A stretch of 62,207 bases of DNA, counting the filler, from Rhabdomonas costata (taxonomy: Eukaryota): the NCBI GenBank assembly GCA_019059605.1. It is 20 parts of 20 records of this genome, joined end to end, with 100 filler letters (N's around TTAATTAATTAA, not from the genome) between each part and the next. Parts side by side here need not be neighbours in the genome. Positions count along the whole stretch, not along the records: positions 12,475 to 15,491 come from JAHMHO010001541.1; positions 15,592 to 18,619 come from JAHMHO010001542.1; positions 18,720 to 21,737 come from JAHMHO010001543.1; positions 21,838 to 24,856 come from JAHMHO010001544.1; positions 24,957 to 27,974 come from JAHMHO010001545.1; 15 more parts are not named here. One strand, 5' to 3'. The notes under the pieces were generated by a model. That model was not told where the DNA came from. It was given only the letters and a program-made list of their open reading frames with translations, and ran no database searches. The position numbers were made by a program, and so were the translations under genes. Position 1 is the first letter of the stretch; each line of letters begins with the position of its first letter. Shown here one piece after another: positions 12,776 through 25,033 of this stretch.

Positions 12776-14840
12776 CTCGACCAGGTGATGTGGTGCTGCC
12801 CACCTTGCCCTGCGATGGGATGCGAGCAAAGCAGTGTGAATGCGACTTCCGGAACGTTCCTCCAGTACTTGACACTGCACCGTGTTTGAAGGGCATTGGG
12901 CAGCGTCCGATTGTTCGTTGCCCTCGTTGCTTTCTGTTGTATGCCTGTCGCTGGCGTGGAGAGTGCGATGGGATTTGGTCTCCGACTTGATTTTCTGCTT
13001 GCTTTCAGAACTCACTGATGAGGGACCTGTGGGGGTTAAAAAAGGTGGCTCTGCCTTTTTCCTTGTAGTTAGGATTTATCAGTTTTTTTAGATGGATTGA
13101 AAGACAATCTGCCGCGATAGTAACATTGGTTGGGGGGTAGTTGTGCGTTGATGTTTGGCAATCGATTTTCTTTCTTTGAAGTACTTTTGCCGAGCTTTCG
13201 CGTTGCATCTGCTCCAGCCGTTCCTTCCGTTGTCACATTCTCCCCTACCCCTTTCATTGCCTCACTCCTTTTTCCTTGTAGCGGTGAAGGGTAGTAGGCT
13301 GGTATCTTCTTTTTCTCAGAATTATCAAACTCGGTTGTTTGTCGTTCTCAGGCGCACATACACTCTCTGTTCTAGTCCTGTTCGCGGGGAAAAGACCAGG
13401 GGAAATCGCATTAAAAAAGAAATTTTTGTCAGGTGCACAACCTGCAAGGAATGCAGGCCGGTCTCTGTCCGTCCACATGCACGCGCACCAAGGGAGCGCG
13501 TTGTGCGACCAACACCCACCCACCAAATCACCAGGCCGCCACCCTGTGAAGGACAAAAACTCCCCTGGAGAAGTCGTGGCGGTATCTCTCTCACTTTTAC
13601 ATTCGCCGTCGGAGTGGGAAGGGGGATTATTTCTTCCTGACCAGAAAGTTAAGTCATCGTCTATTTTTTCGGGTGTTTGCCTCTGCTCAACTGCCATGTG
13701 CTGCGTCCTCACGCGTCAGCGGTTTGTCTATGGTGCTGTGGTTGCTGATCTGGCACTGACCCACGGACCCTCTGCTTTTGTTTTGGCCGGCGGCAGCATT
13801 CCTTGGTGTAGGCAATGTGTTGACGGAGGATCATTTTGGTGGACTTTCTGCTGAGTGGTTTGTGGGTGGGGGGAACGCATGGCGTCTGTCCCCCTCAGAA
13901 CGACATGTATTTGTCTGACGACAGCAATTTCGTGGTGGTGACGGGGGCAAACATGGTGTGTGGTGTGGATTCCCATACCTCTGCCCTACCCCTTTTCTTC
14001 CCGTTGCGTTTGCATATGCCTATGCCTATATCTGGTTTGGCGCATCAAGGCATTGCCTCCTTACTCTCTCCCAACATTGTGTTGGCAACGGTGCGCAGTT
14101 CATTTGGGCATCATGGGCATCGTCTGAAAAGTGCTGTCCTTATCAAAAAAAAATACTCTGGAGATCTGGAAATTTTCTGCTGTACTGCCTCTGTAATGTT
14201 CCTGTTGCGAGCACCTGTGGACCAGAGCGCCTGCGCCCGTCCGTCCACAGCGATAAGCAACAGTCAGTCAGGCAACAGCGAGCGCACTATGTTACAAACC
14301 CATGCTCGCAGTCTGGAAAATCGCTGTACCTCGTCCAGTTGGCCCAGATCTGCGTGCTGGCACATATGGGTGTGCTGAGGCGGGGAAGGAGGAAGGGGTG
14401 TCTTCTCAGCACTCCAGCAATGGGCTGCTGTTATGGAGGTATTGGGAGATGTGAACTGAACTGAGCCACGAAAAGAGGTTTTCAGGATGTGGTTTGAAGG
14501 AGGAAAGCCGCCACACCTTGACGGTAAGATGATTTCATGTGTGTTTGTGTGTATGTGTGGAGAGTGGGGTTCTACTTTCAACTCTGCTCAGGCTGCTTCG
14601 TTCCCGCCGAGTTTGCGTCTTTGAGGTTGATGGACAAGATCTTCGCCAGAATGGGTAACAACCCTCCTTTGAGATAGGCAGTGGTGGCGGCGACAGTGTT
14701 TGGGGATGCCGTTTTCTTTTGTGTATCTGTGTCACCGTTTCGTTTTGCCCGTTTCCCGTTTTACAGGAAGCGATGACAGCATCGAGGCTAACACCAGCTC
14801 CTTTATGCAGGAAATGAGGGACGTCTCATTCATCGTGAAG
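12776..14840 (+). CDS. MSH4: MutS homolog 4 (meiosis-specific), ATPase domain, partial. Exons 12776-12784, 13009-13044, 13535-13581, 13899-13955, 14312-14369, 14592-14654, 14767-14840
   Basis: Phase-consistent GT-AG splicing gives xRPELTDEGPVGVKKGRHPVKDKNSPGEVVANDMYLSDDSNFVVVTGANMSGKSLYLVQLAQICVLAHMGCFVPAEFASLRLMDKIFARMGSDDSIEANTSSFMQEMRDVSFIVK. It has the MutS Walker A motif, and the DDSIEAN-SSFMxEM segment is MSH4-like. Confidence 0.88.
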
Positions 14841-15091
14841 GTATGCGCAGATTGCATCGCTTTACGCTTTCATTCCTTGTTGATGGCGCCCTGCCGTAGA
14901 ACCGGAAAACCGTTACCAAAAGGAAGAGAAGGTCTTCTTTAAAAGGGTCTTTAAAAGGTCGTGTTTTGTAAACTAGTTGCTTCTTGTGCATTGAAAGCTC
15001 CTGAATTCGGGGTACCTTTGTGGGGCATGCCGATGTTTTCCTATTCTTGTGACATTAGCTGTAATTTTTGGCTTTTAACTTTGGCTTGGTG

Positions 15092-15487
15092 CGGGCCTTA
15101 TTTTTGCGAAAGAGAGATGGGGGTGGGTTCATAGAGATGAGAGATAGGAGTGAAGGGTCTATAGGTTTTACAACCACTCCAAAAATGTTCCTGTATTGTG
15201 GGAATTGCCGGCACAGCTTGCGCTACTGTTTTCCTACCGCATTCCCCTTCTTCCCCCATTAAAGTGCATTCTAACCCCGTTGCAATGGTCTACCAGAGTC
15301 CTGAGAAATTAGCAGCTTCGGGTACACGAAAGCCAAGCTAAATGTTTAGCACTACTGAATGCACAGCAATACCCCATGATTATGAATAATAATAATAATT
15401 CCGGGCCTTATTTTTGCGAAATAGAGATGGGGGTGGGTTCATAGAGATGAGAGATAGGAGTGAAGGGTTCATAGGTTTTACAACCAC
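15092..15487. repeat. ~86-bp direct repeat (15092-15177 and 15402-15487), second copy at the contig end
   Basis: CGGGCCTTATTTTTGCGAAA..GGTTTTACAACCAC occurs twice with few mismatches. Confidence 0.85.
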
Positions 15488-18400
15488 CACCNNNNNNNNN
15501 NNNNNNNNNNNNNNNNNNNNNNNNNNNNNNNNNNNTTAATTAATTAANNNNNNNNNNNNNNNNNNNNNNNNNNNNNNNNNNNNNNNNNNNNGTTGTGGGT
15601 TGACCTTCACTTTCCCTGCTTCAACGTCAACCCGCAAAAATGACTGCAGGGATTCAAGCTGCTTACGGCTTTCAGCAGCCGCGGTTTCCCATCTCTGCAA
15701 AAGGGGCAACACTCGGAGAAAGCGAGTTCAAGGGTGCAGGGATAATTCCGACCCAAAGATGAAATGCAAGCTAACCTGACAGGTAGCCAAAATTGTCAGC
15801 AATTCTTCGCAAAGAAGATTTCTTTGACGCAGGAAACCCTCAATGGCAGACTCTACAAGGGCAGAAGGGGTGGCGGAAATTTAGGAAAAGGTCACGAACG
15901 TTTTCAGTGGAAGGCTGTTTTTGTGGAAGGACAAAAAGCCTAGGCCTTCAGCCGAAACTTCAAGCGTTTGTGAGTGCAGGCTTGAACCGAAGGATCGGCT
16001 GCCGTTAGCACTGGCAGGTCTCTTAGTTGCCACGCAGGTCAGTCATGCTCAATAAGAAACCTCTACCTGGAACCTCTACCTTTCCCTCCACAATTTTGCT
16101 TCCTTTGGATTCACAACGGGTGCACATCTCCCACGATATCTCTCCTTCACGCACACGCAACCCTTTCCCTCGCATCCAGGCTTTAGCTTTCCTCCTCCCC
16201 CCTTTTGCGCAGGTGCTGTCTCTCGGACCTTGGGCGCAGTTATTTCAATCAATTACTTGTAGGGGAAAGGAATCAAACAAACTGAACACAAGAACACAAG
16301 CATGCCTTCCTGTCGGCAGCTCGAGAGATTTTCTTCTGCCTTTTCTTTTAATTTCTGGGCAACAGCGGCACTTACATCAAGCCGGAGTTGCATCGTCTCC
16401 TCCTGAGTTTGGAGCGAAAATGCAGAACGCGTCCTTTGATGAAAGAGCGTTCGCAACAAAATCACACTGCACAAGAAACCTGTGCTTTCGCTTTACCCAA
16501 CTGCCCCATGAGTTCAGACCAATGATAATGAGAAAACTGTTGCTGCTCAAACAGTGAAACAGCCTCCACTTTGCGAATTTGAACATCACCTTCAAGAATC
16601 TCATCTCGCATTTGAAGTTCGGCCTTCTCCAGCAACAAACTTTCTAAAAAAGAAAAATAGGCTCAACCACGCCACCAAAACAACCACGGGGAAGGTCTCG
16701 CCCTCCACCAATGTGAAGGCTTTTTTGTATTGCTTGTTATGGGATCTTTGCCCCATCTGTCGCGTTGCTTGAGATTGTGTCCTTCTTTGAATTCATACGC
16801 TTGCAATATCCAGGAGATGTGTAGTTACTTGTGGTACACACTCAAACTGAAGTTTAGGAAGGAAACAGTTCATTATTCGGAGCTCTTGGGGGGACCCTCT
16901 CGGAAGAAATAAATTATTCGGGGAAGAGCCAAGAAAATAAATACGCACCGAAAATGCGCTGCAACTTCTCTATTTGACTGGCCATTGTAATAGTTTCGTG
17001 ACGTAGGTATGAAAAACCACACAGACACAGGTTCATGCTTATAAAAAATGATTGCAGTGGTGTAAATTCAGATGTGCAAAAGTTTTTTTTAATTAAAACT
17101 GGTTACCAGGGCGTGCAGGTGTCCATCTCTCAGGAATTGCAGATAGCTTGCTCGCGGCCCTTTTGAGAAAATCCCAATGTAGTGTCATTTTTTTCGTTTT
17201 CTTAGCACTAGATACCGCAGCCGGAGAGGTATTCAACTCCGGGACTAGGACCCGGTCAACAAGGGCATGAACTTCCAGGACACTTCAGCGAGTCAAGGCT
17301 GATTGATGATTTACGGCCTGTTCGCCTCGGGGGAGCCGCAGCCGCCAGCTTGTTGAGGGAGCATTTCATATGAAAATGGGCAGTACAGGGGACGGGTCTC
17401 GTCTCATTTGGGGGCTCTGCGAGACAGAGGAGGGTCTTGCAGGCTCTAAAGGCCTCGGTGCTTTGGTTCTCCTTGTCGTTTTGTCTCGGCCCTCTCTCCA
17501 CACCAGAACTAGTGACTCGGTTTTCCTCACCGCTCACCACCACTAATCGTTGCATGTACCATCCTTGTCTTAGCGCTAGATACATCACCCCTAACGAACC
17601 CTAGCGTCAGTGCGAACCCTACCTACCTACCCACCTACCTACCTACCCTGATGCCAACCCAGACCCCGAATTCTGGACCCCTGAACCCAATGCTCCGTAA
17701 GCTCCGTATGCTCCTAAATGTCTTAGCACCCCTGCGTTCCTCGCAAAGGGGCTAGTGATAGTTGCGAAGAGGACCGAGGCCGATCCTCAGAATTCCTACC
17801 GCAAGTGCCCAGGGAACGAGCCTACCGTTCACAGCACCCCGTAGCCCAAGAGCGAAGCGAACCAAGGCGTTCCAGCTGATTTGTCCAAGTCAAAGGTACT
17901 AGACACAGCTTCGTGCACTACATCCCTCCAGACTTTTTGGGAGGTCCAAGACTGCAAGGCCGGTTCCAGCTACCGGAGCGGAGTAGCGAATTCGGGAATA
18001 CAACCGCAAAGGGTCCAGAGCGGTGTGCAAGTGAGACGTACCACGAGTGAGAGGTACGGCGTTAGGACCAGCGCACGTGACAAAGAACGCAACAGTCGCC
18101 TGTGGGTGCACAGGTAACGTCCAGAGCGCATTGCGCCCAACACAAACATGGCGTCATGGCGCGGTGTGTCCTTCCGCAGCTTGTTCTGCACACCTTCACG
18201 CTGCTGGTGTTCGTGTTGGACGACACGACGGGCATTGGGGTGCGCCGTGCCCATCCACACACACACACACACACACACACGGGGAGCCCTGTGCTTTCTT
18301 GGGGGCCGGATGGCGCCCAAAGAATTGCGCGGTGGGGGTGGGGATGGGCGACGGCGCCGGCGGACCGGAGCCCACCCTTGGTGGGCTTCCGGTTCCCGAG

Positions 18401-19467
18401 GTGAAACCACCTCGCTTAAACTCATTCGCCTCCTTCACAACGTCGTCCCAGGTCAGGGCTTGGTTTGTTAGCAGGACCCCCCCGTTTATAGCGACGATAT
18501 GAAATTTTACCTTACAAGTATTCAATAGCAATTGCTGGAAAAAAATTATTTACAGCATCGCTATAAAATTTTATAGCGAAAAAAGAGCTGTCGGAATACG
18601 TGCAAACTCCCCTAACCCCNNNNNNNNNNNNNNNNNNNNNNNNNNNNNNNNNNNNNNNNNNNNTTAATTAATTAANNNNNNNNNNNNNNNNNNNNNNNNN
18701 NNNNNNNNNNNNNNNNNNNTGTGGGGGTGGGGAGAGCAGCACACCGGCCGCACGCTGAGCACGCGCACCACTCCTCCGATTTGGTGGACCTGCATCCCGG
18801 CCACAGGCGGGCGCTTCTTCACAACCGGGGTGCCGCCTTCCGTGTGCGGCGAAGTTCGGGCAGAGGAAAGCAGGGCAGGCGTCTCCATCGGGGGTGCGTC
18901 CAAAAGCTAGTGAACAATCCAAATAATTCATCACGTCGAAAATCCTCGGGAACCGCTTGAAGAAGAATACAGGGATGAAAATACCTCGAAAGGATCTGCA
19001 ACAACGGTGGGGATAGGTCCTTGCTCGTCAGCGGGACGTTGGGAATGATCCGGAGAGGGAGTGTCCTGCCGCTCACCACCTATCTGTTGAAACTCGGCAG
19101 GAATTCGAGACCTGTTAGAAAACGTTGAGAAAAGGAAAGAGAGTGTGAGGTGAAAGGGGTGAAACTTGAGCTGAACAGCTGAATGATCTGATGCCTCGAT
19201 GTAGCGAAGTGGTTGGGTCTTCTTCAGCAAGGCACCGCCTGACTAGGACGCTGTTCGTCGGGTTGTTTGCAACTGCGGGGTTTTCGTGGGAAGATATGCA
19301 CAGGGGCTGTGGTTGAGGTGGGGAGTCATGAACATGAGGATGAGAGTGAGAGAAGCGAGTCTTGGGAGAGAGCGTTCCCCTTACTCGGGCTTTGGTCGGT
19401 ACTACCCTTTTTCGTTGGTGTGGCAGATTTTGGAAGAAGAGAAAGAAAAAGAGGGTGGGGGTTCAAC

Positions 19468-21735
19468 TTGAGATATTCCAGCTGTCGGTTCGCAAGGCTC
19501 AGCTGCTCAGTGACGGCCCGGTGCCGTTCCATTTGGGTATTCGCTTGATGCTTTGCACGGTCTAGGCGGGAGGTTAGGTCGCCTTGCATTCGCTGGAGGG
19601 ATGCGACCGTGGACTTAAGGTCCTCCACCTGGTCTGCAAGTTGCCTGAAAACATTCAAAAGGGAGAAGTGCTCGGGAGGTTGGGCAAGCACACGAAGCAC
19701 GGTAAAGTTGCCTCATACGCCTCGGATGCCAGCAGCTCGTTTTCTTTCTCCCAAAGCTGCGGGCGGAGGGCACGAACTTCCTGGTCGCACATCCTGAGGC
19801 GATGAGCAGCAGGGAGCGAAAGCCCCTACCATATAACATACAACAAACAGAAAGAGAGCAAGAAAAGGCAGCGGAACCGAATGCCGTCGCATTGTTTCTC
19901 TTCCTCTTCCTTGAGAGCTTCAAGAATTTCCTTCAGTTTCTCCACAGGAGCCTCCTGAAAAGACAGTGACGTGTTGTTCTAACGTGAATATAGACAATAA
20001 CACAGTGAGACCAGGGTCAAGGGTCCACCTGGAACAGCCGCGCAGGCAAACAAAAAAGGGCACATAAACTAAGCTTTTGTTTTCTGCTGTGTATGTGCCG
20101 CGTGTATTTGTGACAGCAGTGTTGCAACTTCACACGTTTCGAGCCAGTTCTTTCACAAGAGCGTCTCGTTCAGTGATGTCCTGAACCCCTTGTTCCCGAA
20201 GACGACGAACCAGCGCTTCACGCTCTGCCCACTCCTGCAACAAAAAAAGCAAATGGGCAGTGCCATCACTTTGCAAACAGAGGGCAACCAACACCACCCC
20301 TCAATACCCCTGAAGAGAACCTGCTTGTCCAGTAGAAAGGCTTCAATTTGGTTCATCAGACCGTCCCTTCGTTCTCTGTCCCGCTGCATTTTCAGTTTAT
20401 GCGTTGAGGGCTCGCGGAATGCGCCGGCCACCAATGAGGAGGCAATGACAACATCAACATCCTCCCACCTGAAAGAAATGAAGACAAGAAACAAAGTCAC
20501 GGGCAAAGGAAAACCAAGAAGCGGCACCAATTGGTGGGAAGGTTCATAATCGTGCAGGTTGCAGAAACACAAGCCAGCCGACTACTCCACTACACGGTTC
20601 AAATGAAGGTGGTGTCTGGGAATCCAGGACATGACGGCGAATATGTGGGCGCGACGCAAAAACGTCTTGCCTACGTTCTACTATTTTCACAACCGTCAAC
20701 CGGTGGCCAAACCTGAGACTCGGCCCCACAGAGCGAGGTTCAGTTCAGAGGCGACAGCGGACAGACCCTCAAAAGCACCCACGACGGCCGAGAATCCAAC
20801 CTTCTGCGCACGGCGTCTTGCCAGGGGGCAACCCACAAAGACAGGGTGGTGACGGTGAAGGGTGGCTTCATGAGCATCACCACAAACGAATGAAATGAGA
20901 GTCAGGAAGGACTACAACCAAAAGCAAAAGAAGAGACAAAGAACTTACAAAGAACAAGCCACAGAACATACAGAGGCAGCGGCTGAACGGAAATTGGGTC
21001 GGTTTCCAAGGGCTGTTCTTGGGGCTGGGGCGGAGCAGGTTTCGGAGCGGAGTGCAGCGCTGCAGGCCTGCTGACTGCGTCGGAGGAGGGGACCGACGAA
21101 AACTTGCTGAAGGCACAAAAACGAAAACGAAACTTGCGAAATGACTTGCGCCTTTGTGCTGCTGAGGGCAACAAACGACAACCGTCCTGAGCCGTAGGCT
21201 GAACGTCGTGGAGGGGCTGGAAGAGAGGAAACCGTCGCAACGGTCGCCAACGACGTGACTGGCGGAACGGAAAGCGGCGATGAAGAAGACGAAGTACGGT
21301 TGGTAACCCCGGCCCATCCGCACTTACTTCCTCCAAATCTGGCTCTGGACAACGATGGTACTGCTCCGGTTCTACCGCTACAACCTCTTCACCTTCTGGA
21401 AGCTCTTCGTCATCAAACTCTTCATCTTCCGCTTCCAGATCGTATTCCTCTGGTCTGGCTGGAACCTCCAAACTCTGTGGAACTACTTCACCTTCCTCCT
21501 CGTCAGGACTCGACACCGGGTCAAGCCCTCGCACTTCCTCGACATCTTCGAAATCCGGTTTTCTCAACGGAGTATGCTCTCCGCTTGACTCTTTCTCTTC
21601 TACTGAACTTTCCGACAACCTCCGATTCACTCTTCTGGAATTTTCAGTCGGGCTCGCTGAACTTCTCTGTGGCCTGACATTCCGGTCTGCGGGTGGGGCT
21701 GAACCATCGTCGACATCATCGTCATCTGGTAACAA
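19468..21735 (-). CDS. Multi-exon acidic/coiled-coil protein of unknown function (partial)
   Basis: Long acidic open frame 21735-20902 plus AG/GT-bounded exons WEDVDVV..QIEAFLLDKQ, EWAEREALVRRLREQG.., EAPVEKLKEILEALKEEEEKQ.., MCDQEVRALRPQLWEKENELL.., QLADQVEDLKSTVASLQRMQ.. Confidence 0.65.
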
Positions 21736-22063
21736 ACNNNNNNNNNNNNNNNNNNNNNNNNNNNNNNNNNNNNNNNNNNNNTTAATTAATTAANNNNNNN
21801 NNNNNNNNNNNNNNNNNNNNNNNNNNNNNNNNNNNNNTAAATGCAGTCCCTACCGATGCATCCGTCGGTTCACCCCGACGTGGAATGCCAGCGCCCACCC
21901 CCCATCATCGTTTTAAGCAACAGCATTGCTGTTTTTTGTTGCCTACTGGGTTGCTACCACCGCCTCTAACGGAGATTTTAGCAAAACCCGTGTCAGCGGA
22001 CAACTGCAAAAGCACATTGCCCCATCGGTTAACCTACCGCGTTCCATTGCCCTCTTTTCAGCC

Positions 22064-22505
22064 AGAAGAGGATGTCATGTTAGCACCCCACATTTTCCAT
22101 GCCATCTGTCAAAATTTCTCCTTTGTTCCAGAAGTTGACTTTTCGCTTCTGCGACCCACCATCAGCTTCCATCCTACTTTTCCCCTGATGAAACAGACAT
22201 AAGTGCTACCGGTTTCAACGCTTTTAATTTCTACTGGGACCCTGACGTCGCCCTTTACGTTAACCCCCCCATGGTCACTCCTACCCCTTGTTTTGCATCA
22301 CATTTGTCAAGACCAAGCCAGAGTGCTTCTAGTCACACCAGATTGGCCTCGGGAGTCTTGGAGGAAAACTATAGACGCTATCACAGTCAAGCGTCAGGCA
22401 TGGACTAAATCCCTGTACGTCGCCCCTTCAGGCTTCCTACAACCACCACCCCGTTGGCACACTCTTTTCTCTCTTGTCGACGGTGCGTTGTCTCAGCGCT
22501 TTTGA
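22064..22505 (+). pseudogene. Dam-type (phage/DIRS-like) DNA N6-adenine methyltransferase domain with two compensating homopolymer frameshifts
   Basis: Frame-corrected EDVML..PEVD-FASATHHQLPSYFS..GFNAFNFYW..LYVNPPWSLLPLVLHHICQDQARVLLVTPDWPRESW..PPPRWHT. It has DxFAS (SAM binding), NPPW (catalytic) and PxW motifs; frameshifts at ~22141 (T run) and ~22268 (C run). Confidence 0.8.
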
Positions 22506-22872
22506 TTGCTTTTTCTGTTGTTCAGCTGCCAGATTTCCCAACGACCCAACGACTTCATCTGGCAGCAGCTGCGCAACTCAGCGTACCCTTCTTTCTCTTC
22601 TCTCGTGCGCAACTAACGGTTTTCTTTTTCCCTTGGTTTCATAACGCCATTCGACAACCAATGACATCGGTCGCTGTCATGGCAATCCTACCGCACTACC
22701 GGACTTGTGTGTGTGTGGTTTCCTTCGCTTTTGTTTTGGGATTGGTAAAGAGAGGACTTTTAAACTTAATCACCACAGAAATCAATGAAGTATTTTGTAA
22801 AGTAAGTAGGTATCAGTAAATCGGTCCCGGAGCCCGGGACGAGGATCGTGAGACCGAGCCCTCTCAACAACG

Positions 22873-23610
22873 CAGCGGCTGTTTTAGAAGTGGCCTAGGC
22901 AACGAATCAGCAGCCACTTCTAGGGCGGGGTTACCGAAAACTTCAAAGCCTCAACTGATCTTTGCTCTTTAAAACGATCTCCTCTGAGCTCCTCACCAAC
23001 TTCTGCGACTAACCAAGCTTCCAAACTACTACGAAAACATTGTCTGACTCACCAAGCTGTCGCTTTTATTTTCTACTCCAAAACGTTCTTACTACGTATG
23101 CTGATCCGTTACAGAATGGCCATAAAGGTCATTTGGCCAAAAGGAAATTTCGTTAGAAGGAAAATGTTGTTGAAAGTATTTTTTGTGGGAATATGTTTTT
23201 CCTTGCAAGGAGTGATCCTTGGACCTGGGTGAAGAATCGGTTTCTGACATTAGGAGGACCGTTGCACCCTCCCCCCCTAGGGGCGGAGGAGCTCCGAAAA
23301 AAAATGTAAGGGGCGCAGACTTCATGATGATTTTTGGCTCTCCTTGTACGACTTCATTGCCTTAGTGCGGGAAAACATTTGTGTTTTTGTTGAGCTGGGT
23401 AGCTTGATTGAAAGAGGGCCTTTGGAGAAGCCAGATTCTCTTCGCAAACCATGTTCTGGTAGGCCCCTTTGCGCGTGTTCATGAGGTTACGAATCCCGGG
23501 CGGTGTTAATGCTTTTTCCTTTTTTCCGGGAAACGGAGAACTCAGCGGCAGTTTTAGAAGTGGCCTAGGCAACGAATTAGCAGCCACTTCTAGGGCGGGG
23601 TCACCGCAAA
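22873..23610. repeat. 68-bp direct repeat (22873-22940 and 23543-23610), each copy containing a TAGAAGTGGC..GCCACTTCTA hairpin
   Basis: Seen directly; four substitutions between copies, 670-bp spacing. Confidence 0.9.
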
Positions 23611-24289
23611 ATGGTTCTGTGTCTCAGATACCGTTGTACCGCGAGTGTCTCCCATTTTTTGTGGTCTCCACTTTTTTCGGGTTTGCCTTTTTGGTTCGTT
23701 TTTTGGTTTTGGTTTGGCGGTGTCGGTGGAGGTCGCGCCGATGGCTGCTATTCTGTTTCGTCCGCTTGACCGGCGAGTTCCCAGGTCTTTCTTCACATCC
23801 CCACGCGGGGCGTCTGTCCCAATAACCGTACAAACATGAGATGAAACATGCAGCAGGTCTAACCATGAATTGATTTTGACAGTCGCGACCATAAAGCTCC
23901 CTTTTAAGGCGGACAATGCGGTACATCCCAGATATCCAGCTTGACACCAGACCTGAGGGACACCAACAGCAATAACACCCCAGACAGATCCCGTAGCTTA
24001 CCTTCTGATCCATTCTCTGGGGGAAAGAATTGGGACAGGCGGAGAACACGGCGAGTGTCAGCACGAGTGTCACGTTCGTATGTGTACTTGCACGTTGCTT
24101 GGATGGCTGCTTGGAAGGGGGTTTGTGCGTCATTGCTTGGGTTCTCTGCACAGGCACTCTAACAGACAAGAGGCAATAAGAGGGCTGGACATGCAAAAGG
24201 GATGGGGAGGAAGACGCCGGTCGAGGGCCGAACGAGTCGAACGGCTCGGCGGCACTGCGATTGGAGCATTCAGCTACCGGTTAGGACGC

Positions 24290-24856
24290 ATGTGGGAAGA
24301 CGATCGTATTGTTGTTCCAGCTTCCAGAATTGCGCAAAATCATTCAAAAGTATTCCCCTGCAGCTGGACATTGGGGAATTCACCTGACCGGAGCCATGAT
24401 CAAACGTCGCTACACCTTTCCTCACATCAAGCGAAGCGTCCGCGAGTATGTCAAAACCTGCCACCAGTGTCAACTAAGTAAGGCAGAGCACCATCTACCG
24501 CGTGGTCTACTGGAAGCTCTAAAGATCCCTAAACGGAAATGGCAGTCTGTCCCAATGGACTGGACAAACGTGGAGAAGTGCCAACTACCTGGCAACCCAA
24601 TGGTCTTTGACCAGATCCTAACGGCCCCAGACAGCGAACCAAAATGGTTCATCTGATTCCAACCGACAAGCACCACACTGCCGAGATGACAGCAGCCCAG
24701 TTTTTGGATGCTGTTGTCAAGTACCATGGGCTCCCGCGAAGTGTGGTCTCCGACAGGGATCAGCTTTTTATGCGCACCTTTTTGCAGACAGTATGCAGAG
24801 CCCTGGACATCAAAATACGAGCTTCAACCACGTACCATCCGCAGACTAACGGATAA
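24290..24856 (+). mobile_element. Ty3/gypsy LTR retrotransposon integrase fragment (frameshifted, truncated by the contig end)
   Basis: GHWG..VREYVKTCHQCQ zinc-binding region, GLLEALKIPKRKWQSVPMDW, KMVHLIP..HGLPRSVVSDRD..STTYHPQTNG; frameshift near 24640. Confidence 0.93.
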
Positions 24857-25033
24857 NNNNNNNNNNNNNNNNNNNNNNNNNNNNNNNNNNNNNNNNNNNN
24901 TTAATTAATTAANNNNNNNNNNNNNNNNNNNNNNNNNNNNNNNNNNNNNNNNNNNNCCCCCCCCCCATACAATTGTTCCCTTCCTGTGCACCCTGCAGGT
25001 AAGCCATACTGTGCAAGCAGAACGGGGTGAACA

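Noticed and set aside
13720..13805. AG/GT-bounded open segment within MSH4
   Set aside because: The MSH4 motif runs directly EVVA-NDMYL without it
17588..17690. CCCTAA-like words and (CCTA)n, possible telomeric repeat
   Set aside because: Dispersed, degenerate and internal; no tandem TTAGGG tract
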